The notes beneath the pieces were generated by a model. It made no database searches and had not been told where the DNA came from. It saw only the letters and a list, made by a program, of their open reading frames with translations. The position numbers were made by a program, and so were the translations under genes. A DNA stretch of 64,000 bases from an uncultured Acidobacteriota bacterium (GTDB lineage: Bacteria; Acidobacteriota; Terriglobia; Terriglobales; Acidobacteriaceae): positions 488,942-552,941 of the forward strand of contig CAVTKB010000009.1 in assembly GCA_963735205.1 (NCBI GenBank), read 5' to 3'. Below are positions 50,957 through 58,526 of this stretch, in pieces (position 1 is the stretch's first letter; each line of letters starts with the position of its first letter).

Positions 50957-52249
50957 TTAGCCGACTTCTTCGCTCCAGGTTTCGAGATTCTTTTTTACCT
51001 GAGCCATGAACTGGTCGGCTACGGCGCCGTCGATGAGGCGGTGATCGTAGCCGAGAGTGAGATGAACGACGGAGCGGATGGCGATCGAGTCGGTGCCGTC
51101 TTTGTCGGTGATGACCATGGGCTGCTTGGTGATGCCGCCGACTCCCATGATTGCAGAGTTTGGCTGGTTGATGATGGGAAGGCCGAAGACGGCGCCGAAC
51201 TGACCGGGATTGGTGACAGTAAAGGTGGAGCCTTCGACGTCATCGGGTTTGAGTTTCTTGGTGCGGGCGCGCTCGCCGAGGTCGGTGATGCCGCGCTGCA
51301 GGCCGAGGAAGTTGAGGTCTCCGGCGTTTTTGAGGACGGGGACGATTAGGCCCCAGTCGAGCGCGACAGCAATGCCGATGTTGATCTGGCGGTGATAGCG
51401 GATGTTGTCGCCTTCGAGGCTGGCGTTAATGATGGGCCACTGCTGCAGGGCCATGACGGCAGCGCGCACGAAGAACGGCATGAAGGTGAGGCGGGCGCCG
51501 TGGCGCTGCTCGAATCCTGATTTTTGTTTGGCGCGCAGGTTGACGATGCGGGTGAAATCCACTTCGTACATGCAGTGGACGTGAGCGCTGGTGCGGCGCG
51601 ACTCGATCATGTGCTTGGCGATGAGCTTGCGCATGTTCGTCAGGGGGACTAGGTCGCCGGGGTAGGGTGCGGGAGTTGCCGGGCGGGGCGCGGCGGCTGC
51701 TGGCTGAGCGGGAGATGCAGGGCTGGGAGCTGGTTGCGCAGAGGACTGGCTCTCGATGAACTGCGTGATGTCTTGCTTGGTGATGCGGCCGCCGAGTCCG
51801 GTGCCGGTGATTTGGGAGAGACTGACGCCGTGTTCGCGGGCGATTTTGCGGACGAGCGGGGAGGATCGGGCTTCTTCTTCGTCTTCGTGCACGGGACTGG
51901 GCGCTGCTGGGGGTGGGGCGGGAGCGGATTTTGTTTCTTCGGTCTTTTTTTCTTCGGACTTCGCGGCGGGTTTTTCGGGTGCAGGCGCGGTCGTCTTGGC
52001 GGCGGCTTCGCCGTCTGCGGCGATGGTTCCGACGACGGTGTTCACGCCGACCGTGGTGCCTTCGGCGACTTTGATTTCCTGCAGAACGCCCGAGGCCGGG
52101 GCGGGGATTTCCGCGTCGACCTTATCGGTGGAGATTTCGAAGAGAGGTTCGTCGCGCTGGACTTTGTCGCCGGGCTTCTTTAGCCACTTTGTAACAGTGC
52201 CCTCGACGATGGATTCGCCCATCTGGGGCATGATGATGTCAGTTGGCAT
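50957..52249 (-). CDS. 2-oxoacid dehydrogenase E2 (dihydrolipoamide acyltransferase)
   Basis: Lipoyl domain 'IIMPQMGESIVEGTVTKWLKKPGD...ISTDKVDAE', Ala/Pro linkers, PSBD 'SPLVRKIAREHGV', catalytic 'DHRLIDGA'. Confidence 0.9.
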   Translation of the reverse strand: MPTDIIMPQMGESIVEGTVTKWLKKPGDKVQRDEPLFEISTDKVDAEIPAPASGVLQEIKVAEGTTVGVNTVVGTIAADGEAAAKTTAPAPEKPAAKSEEKKTEETKSAPAPPPAAPSPVHEDEEEARSSPLVRKIAREHGVSLSQITGTGLGGRITKQDITQFIESQSSAQPAPSPASPAQPAAAAPRPATPAPYPGDLVPLTNMRKLIAKHMIESRRTSAHVHCMYEVDFTRIVNLRAKQKSGFEQRHGARLTFMPFFVRAAVMALQQWPIINASLEGDNIRYHRQINIGIAVALDWGLIVPVLKNAGDLNFLGLQRGITDLGERARTKKLKPDDVEGSTFTVTNPGQFGAVFGLPIINQPNSAIMGVGGITKQPMVITDKDGTDSIAIRSVVHLTLGYDHRLIDGAVADQFMAQVKKNLETWSEEVG

Positions 52250-52370
52250 AGTTCCTTCCAATGAGCCCCTGCTATGTGCGGAAGGGGCGAGGCAAATGCA
52301 AATGGATATTATAGCGGGTGGCAGCGCACCCTCCCCGATGCCTGTGTGCAATTTTGGGCGTACTGCTCGC

Positions 52371-53222
52371 CTAGTCTTGTGGGCAATTGCCTCTTTGTAT
52401 CCACTCAATTCCTCTGCTAGTCGCCTTCACGGCGCTGATGGGATAGCCCACCACCGAAAAGGGCCTTCCGTTGACGTCGGTCCGGTCGGCAGGAAGGTGA
52501 TCGATGGTCAAGCGAACATATTCAACGGCTCCAGTCGCCGCTTCGTCACCGCTCCCTCGTACTTTCCGTTCGAGTTCGCGATTCCAAGTTTCGGAAAGGA
52601 ACGATCCTTTTCCGAGTTCTGCAAGAATGTCACCTCGGCCGAAAAATTGGGGGAAGTCCTTAGGCCATACCAGTACTTGAGGCGCGGAAACTTGAATCTG
52701 AATAGTCTCCCCTGCCGGTTGGTGAGTTACTGCCACGAATGTCGCATCAAGGCTCCCGTCTTTGCTGATTCGTCCGAAAAAGCCTTTCATAATCAAATTG
52801 TCCGGGATCCCGGCAAGCAGATGATCCTTGGGATGAGCAATCCGGGTTTCGATCTCTCTTTTTATCGCTCTTCCCCAAGCACGAGCGAATTCGGCGGAGG
52901 TGGGCTGATGCGATGCAGATTTTCCAACGAGGCGGATAAACTCCTTCTTGGCGACTGCATGGGCATCCCAGAAAGCCGACTCGGGGTGGTTCCTAAGTCC
53001 GGGCCTTCCCGCTGCGGTAAAAACAAATTCATTGCCAAATGTGGAAATCTTACAACCGTGATCGTCGTACGAGCGAGTCCCAGCTTCCCTGCTGTCAGCG
53101 GCTATGACCAACTCGCCTTGAGACGCATCTACAACGATAATAGTTCCATCGGGGTGCGGTTCTCCAACTGTACCCAGCCCGCCGACGGTCAGCAGGAAGA
53201 CAATCCGGGTAAACATTTTCAT
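52371..53222 (-). CDS. signal-peptide-bearing proteasome-beta/HslV-like Ntn-hydrolase-fold protein (hypothetical)
   Basis: 'MKMFTRIVFLLTVGGLGTVG EPHPDG|TIIVVDASQGELVIAADSREAGTRSYDDHGCKISTFGNEFVFTAAG'. The pattern G|T-x-I-V...V(I/V)A(A/G)D-x-R...KI...AG resembles Thr1/Asp17/Lys33 proteasome-type active sites. Visibly AT-richer than its neighbours. Confidence 0.45.
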   Translation of the reverse strand: MKMFTRIVFLLTVGGLGTVGEPHPDGTIIVVDASQGELVIAADSREAGTRSYDDHGCKISTFGNEFVFTAAGRPGLRNHPESAFWDAHAVAKKEFIRLVGKSASHQPTSAEFARAWGRAIKREIETRIAHPKDHLLAGIPDNLIMKGFFGRISKDGSLDATFVAVTHQPAGETIQIQVSAPQVLVWPKDFPQFFGRGDILAELGKGSFLSETWNRELERKVRGSGDEAATGAVEYVRLTIDHLPADRTDVNGRPFSVVGYPISAVKATSRGIEWIQRGNCPQD

Positions 53223-53458
53223 ATCAGACTTCTGTTCGATGAAACTTCATCTTCCCACTTGTCCGACCAAATCTTGGAGACAGATGGAGTCAGCATTCTT
53301 ATAAGCTCCGACGGTGCGGCATGGTACGAAATTGTACAGTTATCATCTATGTGTCAGGTATCCAACTGCGCTATGGTCCCCAACCCTTGGCGCCACGTTA
53401 ACGCAGTGCTGAAGCGCCGCTCCGCCACGTTCTAACTTCAATTCATTTTCGGCCGATT

Positions 53459-54040
53459 CTAGTGGTGGTCGTGCTTTTCTTTTTCTTCTTTCTTGTCGTC
53501 TTCCTTTTTTTCGTCGTTCGCGGCAGGAGCAATATTGAAGTTTGTTTTCCAGTATTCCTGGACGTTGGGTGGGAGTTTGTCGAGGTGGGAGAGGAGCAGG
53601 GTTATCTTCCACATGTCGGGCTCGCTGAGAGCTTTGTCCCAGGCGGGCATGCCGGTGTAGCGGACGCCGGTGCGGATGGTGTAGAAGATGTGCCACTCGG
53701 GGTCGTCGGGAGGATCGGTGATGAGATTCGGCGGCGGAGGGTAGAAGGAAGTGGCGAGGGGTGAGGGCTTGTGGTCGAGGCCTCCGTGGCAGAGGGCGCA
53801 GTTCATGGTGTAGAGCTTCATGCCGTCTTCGAGATTCTGATCAGTGGGTGTGAGCGGGTCGGTGACGCGCGGGGCGTGGCGCTCCATGGAAGCGTCGACG
53901 GCGCCCATCAATAAGTGGTGTTCCATGTGAGGTGGTTCGACGTTTGCCGTCGTTTTGAAGAACCCGAGCATCGCGAAACCGAGTCCGCCGAGGATGAGGA
54001 TTAGGAGCGTGACGATTACACCGAGTAGGAATTTTCCCAT
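53459..54040 (-). CDS. membrane-anchored mono-haem c-type cytochrome with charged Lys/Glu/His tail
   Basis: TM 'FLLGVIVTLLILILGGLGFAML', haem site 'CALCHGG', distal 'YTGMPAW', tail 'NDEKKEDDKKEEKEKHDHH'. Confidence 0.7.
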   Translation of the reverse strand: MGKFLLGVIVTLLILILGGLGFAMLGFFKTTANVEPPHMEHHLLMGAVDASMERHAPRVTDPLTPTDQNLEDGMKLYTMNCALCHGGLDHKPSPLATSFYPPPPNLITDPPDDPEWHIFYTIRTGVRYTGMPAWDKALSEPDMWKITLLLSHLDKLPPNVQEYWKTNFNIAPAANDEKKEDDKKEEKEKHDHH

Positions 54041-54177
54041 GAGGCCCTCTGGGGATATTTTTGCAGATAGGCGGGGTGGGGCGCTAGTTAGCGCCCACAG
54101 GGGCAAAGGCCTTCTTCGAGGAGACGATCTTTCGCGGCCCTAAAGGGCCGCTCTTCCACGTTGTTTCCATGCGCATC

Positions 54178-55149
54178 CTAATATGCTTTCAGGCGGCGGG
54201 ACTCGCGGACTACGTCTTCTACTTTGGGCAGGTAGTGATGCTCCTGCGGCGGGGAGAACGGGATTGCGCTGTCGAGGCCGGCGATGCGGACGATCGGGCC
54301 GTCCAGGTCGTCGAAGGCTTCTTCGTTGACGATGGCGGCGATTTCTCCGGCGAGGCCTCCGGTGCGGGCGTGCTCGTGAAGGATGATGACTTTGTTGGTC
54401 TTCTTTACGGTGGCTGCGATCGCTTCGCGGTCGAGTGGGGAGACGGTGCGGAGGTCGAGGATTTCGATGTCGATGTTTTCTTTTGCGAGGATGTCGGCGG
54501 CTTCGAGCGCGGTGTGGACCATGGCGGCGTAGGTGATGATGCTGAGGTCGCGGCCTTCGCGGACGATGTTGGCTTTGCCGATGGGGACGACGTAATCTTC
54601 GGCGGGGACTTCGCCTTTGATGCGGCGATAGAGATATTTGTGCTCGAAGAAGATGCAAGGGTTGTTGTCGCGGATGGCGGCTTTGATCAGGCCTTTGGCG
54701 TCGTAGGGCGTGGCCGGGCAGATGACTTTGAGGCCGGGATTGTGGACGAACCACATTTCGGGATTCTGCGAGTGGAAGGGGCCGCCGTGGACGTATCCGC
54801 CGCTGGGGCCGCGGAGAACGAGCGGAGCGGGAGCGCCCCAGAGGTAGTGCGTTTTCGCGACCATGTTGCTGATCTGGTTGAAGGCGCAGCCGATGAAGTC
54901 CATGAACTGGAATTCGGCGACGGGACGCATGCCGGTGAGGGATGCTCCGAAGGCTGCGCCTACGATGGCGGACTCGGCGATGGGCGTATCGATGACGCGC
55001 TCGGGGCCGAAGCGGTCGATGAAACCGTCGGTAGCTTTGAATGCGCCGCCGTAGATGCCGATGTCTTCGCCGAGGCAGAAGACGGAGGGGTCGCGATCCA
55101 TTTCTTCCCAGATTCCCTGGCGGATGGCTTCGAGGTAGGTGAGTTGCAT
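54178..55149 (-). CDS. 2-oxoacid dehydrogenase E1 component beta subunit
   Basis: 'MQLTYLEAIRQGIWEEMDRDPSVFCLGEDIGIYGGAFKATDGFIDRFGPERVIDTPIAE'. Confidence 0.9.
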   Translation of the reverse strand: MQLTYLEAIRQGIWEEMDRDPSVFCLGEDIGIYGGAFKATDGFIDRFGPERVIDTPIAESAIVGAAFGASLTGMRPVAEFQFMDFIGCAFNQISNMVAKTHYLWGAPAPLVLRGPSGGYVHGGPFHSQNPEMWFVHNPGLKVICPATPYDAKGLIKAAIRDNNPCIFFEHKYLYRRIKGEVPAEDYVVPIGKANIVREGRDLSIITYAAMVHTALEAADILAKENIDIEILDLRTVSPLDREAIAATVKKTNKVIILHEHARTGGLAGEIAAIVNEEAFDDLDGPIVRIAGLDSAIPFSPPQEHHYLPKVEDVVRESRRLKAY

Positions 55150-55224
55150 AATTGAATTCTTTCGCCGCGGATTTGTGCCGATAAGCGCGGATAAAACCAA
55201 ATCTGTTCTTGGAACTCTTTGCCG

Positions 55225-55575
55225 TTAGGCGGCTCTTGTTTCTACGCGGACATCAATTTCGCTCACGCAATTCTGCATGGCCGAATAGTTCGAGGCCGTG
55301 TGCCATTCGCCTTCCGACTTTCTAACAGCTACGTGAGACAACTCGTTGATTCGGATGCAACGCCAGTTATCGGGCGATCCATCTGGCTTCAGGCCGCCTT
55401 TGGTTTCACCCGCGAATTGATACATAAGCGCGTATGGCGATCCTTTCGTTTTACCGAGCACGTGCGGGCACATTTCACGAACTGAACCGTGGTAGTCGAG
55501 CGCAACGATATCTCTCGCGAGAACTGCCTGGCGAATCACGTCGTAAATCTCTTCGGGGGTTTGCCTGTCCGTCAT
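55225..55575 (-). CDS. small hypothetical protein, WYL-like pattern
   Basis: 'IVALDYHGSVREMCPHVLGKTKGSPYALMYQFAGETKGGL...WRCIRINELSHVAV'. It is wedged between E1alpha and E1beta and is AT-richer. Confidence 0.4.
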   Translation of the reverse strand: MTDRQTPEEIYDVIRQAVLARDIVALDYHGSVREMCPHVLGKTKGSPYALMYQFAGETKGGLKPDGSPDNWRCIRINELSHVAVRKSEGEWHTASNYSAMQNCVSEIDVRVETRAA

Positions 55576-55598
55576 GAGGACACTCCAAATACCGACAG

Positions 55599-56942
55599 TT
55601 AGCGCAGATGCACGGCCGCTTCGGTGGCTTTGTAAGCGCCGCTTCCCCTCTTAACTTTTGGCATTCCGTACTTCGGTTTGATTTCATGACAGCCTTCTTC
55701 GCAGTAGACACCCCCTTCGGCGGATTCTGGCCGAGGCATCGGGGAGTTTACTGCTATTTCTCTTTCTGCTTCGATGACTTCTTCTACTTCTGTGATCAGC
55801 GCTTCATTCTTTTTCGGGGTCAGCCACTTTTTCCCTTTCACCAGATAATCCTCGAACCGCGCGATAGGGTCGCGCTTTTTCCAGAAATCGAACATTTCTT
55901 TTGGCACGTAGGCGGCGGCGTCGTGGATGGCGTGGCCTTTCATGCGCATCATTTTGGCTTCGATCATGGTGGGGCCTTCGCCGCGGTGGGCGCGGTCGAC
56001 GGCTTCGTGGGCGGCGTCGTAGACCTGGCAGGCGTCGGTGCCGTCGACGATTATGCCGGGGATGCCGTATCCGATGGCGCGTTCGGCGAGGTCTTTACAG
56101 CGGTACTGCATGTCGGACGGGGTGGAGTAGGCCCAGAGATTGCTCTCGACGAAGAGCACGAGACCGAGATTTTGCACGGCGGCAAAGTTGATGCCTTCGT
56201 AGGTGACGCCGGTCGATTGGCCTCCGTCGCCGATGTAGGTCATGACGGCGACGTTGCGGCCTTGCAGGCGCGCGCCCAGCGCCACGCCGGAGAGCACGGG
56301 AATTAAGTCGCCGAGCATGGAGATAGGCGAGACCATGTTGCGCTTCTCGATGTCGCCGAAGTGGCTGGTGCCGTCGCGGCCGCGGGTGGGCGAATCGGCT
56401 TTGGCCATGTACTGCATCATGGTGTCGCGGGCGGCGAATCCGCGGACCAGCAGCGAGCCTTGATTGCGGATCATGGGGGCGAACCAGTCGTCTTTATCGA
56501 GCGCGTAGGCGGAGGCGCAGGAGCAGGCTTCCTGGCCGAGCCCGAAATAAACTCCGCCGACGACTTTTCCTTGCTTGTAGAGATTTTCGAGGGCGACTTC
56601 CATCTTGCGGTTGAGCAGCATGAAGCGATAGATCTCGATGGCTTGCCGCTTGGTTAGATATTTCGAGTCGCGGATGGGAGGGACGGGGGCATCGAGATTG
56701 CCGGTGACTTCGTAGCGGACGTGCTCGGTGCCGTCTTTGTCTTTTTCTACGGCCTGGCGGATGGTGAAGTCGGGGTGCTCGAGGCGGTGGTCGGGGATCG
56801 AGTAGGTACGGAGATCGGTCGAGTCGCGCTGGGGCGGGCGGACGAATGCGTCCGCCGCTACGTGGTTCTTGCTGGTGCGCGAACCGTTACGCGGGCGGTT
56901 GCCGTTGGAGCTTGCTTTGGATTTCTTCTTGTTGTTCCCCAT
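55599..56942 (-). CDS. 2-oxoacid dehydrogenase E1 component alpha subunit (TPP-dependent)
   Basis: 'YIGDGGQSTGVTYEGINFAAVQNLGLVLFVESNLWAYSTP' TPP motif. A basic, low-complexity N-terminal extension of about 100 aa makes the start uncertain (56993, 56942 or a downstream GTG). Confidence 0.85.
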   Translation of the reverse strand: MGNNKKKSKASSNGNRPRNGSRTSKNHVAADAFVRPPQRDSTDLRTYSIPDHRLEHPDFTIRQAVEKDKDGTEHVRYEVTGNLDAPVPPIRDSKYLTKRQAIEIYRFMLLNRKMEVALENLYKQGKVVGGVYFGLGQEACSCASAYALDKDDWFAPMIRNQGSLLVRGFAARDTMMQYMAKADSPTRGRDGTSHFGDIEKRNMVSPISMLGDLIPVLSGVALGARLQGRNVAVMTYIGDGGQSTGVTYEGINFAAVQNLGLVLFVESNLWAYSTPSDMQYRCKDLAERAIGYGIPGIIVDGTDACQVYDAAHEAVDRAHRGEGPTMIEAKMMRMKGHAIHDAAAYVPKEMFDFWKKRDPIARFEDYLVKGKKWLTPKKNEALITEVEEVIEAEREIAVNSPMPRPESAEGGVYCEEGCHEIKPKYGMPKVKRGSGAYKATEAAVHLR

Positions 56943-57013
56943 GGATGGCGGCGCTTGGGCGCGATATTGATGGTATCGCGAGAATGGGTGCACGGGCTAG
57001 GGCGAGGAGGTCA

Positions 57014-57398
57014 TCACTTTCTTTCGTGGACAACCAGATGGCTCGCTGATTCAATGCAAGCCCACTGCATTTCTCCTTCTTTGCTTTTGGTGAACGGGCA
57101 AACCTCGAAGTCGCCAAAGACATCTCTGTCGTAGATGTCGCCCTTTCGAAAGACAGCATCACTTAGGTTCTCCGGGATGATAATATCCACGTCTCCCGAT
57201 CGCCAAAATGCGATCAGTTCCGATACGCCAAATAGTCATGCCGATGCCGTTCCCGATGCGCACTCGTCCGTGAATCTTGAAACACTGGCCGACTACCTTG
57301 GCACTATTCTTGCATGACTGCTTTTGCTCAGCGTTGAGAGAACTCATCGAGAAGACTAAGAAAACCGATAGCAAAAGTGGTAGCCGTAAGCGTTTCAT
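57014..57398 (-). pseudogene. frameshifted small secreted protein gene
   Basis: The tracked ORF 57159-57398 has signal peptide 'MKRLRLPLLLSVFLVFSMSSLNA'. It continues in the +1 frame as 'GDVDIIIPENLSDAVFRKGDIYDRDVFGDFEVCPFTKSKEGEMQWACIESASHLVVHERK*' (stop 57016-57014). The shift lies somewhere in 57162-57236. Confidence 0.5.
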
Positions 57399-57476
57399 AG
57401 GCCCATGATCTCACCCACCGATACCTCTATCAAGGGGCGGCGATCAGGCCCGAGTTGTATCGTCTTCTCTGTGCAG

Positions 57477-58400
57477 TTAACGAAGTTCTGCAGGCGGCTT
57501 CATTGGCACGCCGACTGAGTGGCCGAGCAGGGCATCAAGGGATTCGAGCCACAGAATTTGGCTGGAAAATACTTTGCCGAAGTTGCGTGAAATAGATTCG
57601 GCTACGGCGTTCAGGTGGAGCTGCCTCTTCAGTTCTTCTTGCATTGACGTGACTGGTTTTGTGGTGATGCCGCAGGGGATGATCAGGTTGAAGTAGCTGA
57701 GGTCGGTGTTGACGTTGAGGGCGAAGCCGTGCGAGGTGACGGACCGCGAGATGTGGATGCCGATGGCGGCGAGTTTGGATTCGGGGGCGGTGTTCGTGGC
57801 AGCGTCGGCTGACAGCAGGTTCCTCGACTCCAGAGAACGATTCTTCCAATCGTTCTCTTCCGCTCGGAATGACAACGGACTGGGGTGCGCGGAAGTCTTG
57901 GGTTCGGTCGACGTGTTGTCGGTCCAGACGCCGGTTAGGCCTGTGACCCGTTTGGCTGGGATGGTAAAGTCGGCGCAGGTGCGGATCAGGACTTCTTCGA
58001 GGCGGCGAACGAAATCGACAGCGCCGAGATGTTTGCGCGCGGGCGACGAGGCCGTGCCTCGGCGGACAGGGGCGTCCCTCGCTCCATTGTTTTTCTCCGT
58101 TCCGGCGGCGTGGCCGCGGAGATCGAAAATTGGGTAGCCGACTAACTGGCCGGGGCCGTGGAAGGTGACGTCGCCGCCGCGGTCGGTTTCGAAGAGTTCG
58201 ACGCCGCGTCGGGCCAGGAGCTCGCGCGAAGCGACTACGTTCGTGGCTTTTGCGTTGCGGCCTAGTGTGATGACCGGTTTGTGTTCGAGCAGGAGGAGGA
58301 CGTCGCCGATTTTTTCTTCTTTGCGGAGGGAGACGAGCTGCTGCTGAAGTTGCAGGCCTGTTGCGTAGTCGACGGTGCCGAGTTGGAGGATCGAGATCAC
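57477..58400 (-). CDS. lipB: lipoyl(octanoyl) transferase LipB with two internal insertions
   Basis: 'LLLLEHKPVITLGR', 'RGGDVTFHGPGQLVGYP', 'KLAAIGIHISRSVTSHGFALNVNTDL', 'IIPCGI'. At 307 aa it is longer than the roughly 210-240 aa typical of LipB. GTG start. Confidence 0.85.
   Translation of the reverse strand: MISILQLGTVDYATGLQLQQQLVSLRKEEKIGDVLLLLEHKPVITLGRNAKATNVVASRELLARRGVELFETDRGGDVTFHGPGQLVGYPIFDLRGHAAGTEKNNGARDAPVRRGTASSPARKHLGAVDFVRRLEEVLIRTCADFTIPAKRVTGLTGVWTDNTSTEPKTSAHPSPLSFRAEENDWKNRSLESRNLLSADAATNTAPESKLAAIGIHISRSVTSHGFALNVNTDLSYFNLIIPCGITTKPVTSMQEELKRQLHLNAVAESISRNFGKVFSSQILWLESLDALLGHSVGVPMKPPAELR
57815..57875 (-). repeat. TGTCATTCCGAGCG...GTCGAGGAACCTGC repeat element embedded in frame in lipB
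   Basis: The minus strand reads 'ttgtcattccgagcg-gaagagaacgattggaagaatcgttctctgga-gtcgaggaacctgc'. Both 14-nt ends are identical to the intergenic copy at 3731-3760. The internal stem is a perfect 11 bp (agagaacgatt/aatcgttctct). It is translated as 'LSFRAEENDWKNRSLESRNL'. Confidence 0.75.
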
Positions 58401-58453
58401 ATTCTTTTTGCCACAGATTTGCGCGGACTCACACCGATAAACCCCAAGTCATT

Positions 58454-58526
58454 TCACCACAGAGACACAGAGGCACAGAGAAAAGCAATTCTTGTCTTCT
58501 CTGCGAACTCTGTGTCTCTGTGGTGA
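58454..58526. repeat. long inverted repeat 'TCACCACAGAGACACAGAGGCACAGAGAA' / 'TTCTCTGCGAACTCTGTGTCTCTGTGGTGA' (candidate terminator of lpdA)
   Basis: The arms are 58454-58482 and 58497-58526. The right arm abuts the lpdA stop codon at 58527. Confidence 0.6.

Noticed and set aside
51756-53435. 559-aa + strand ORF spanning the E2 and Ntn-like genes
   Set aside because: Antisense to two independently supported minus-strand genes. No coherent domain content.
54140-55155. Two long ORFs (204 aa on the - strand in another frame, 328 aa on the + strand) overlapping E1beta
   Set aside because: One product is extremely Arg/Pro/His-rich and the other Gly/Asp/Val-rich. E1beta in its own frame is unambiguous.
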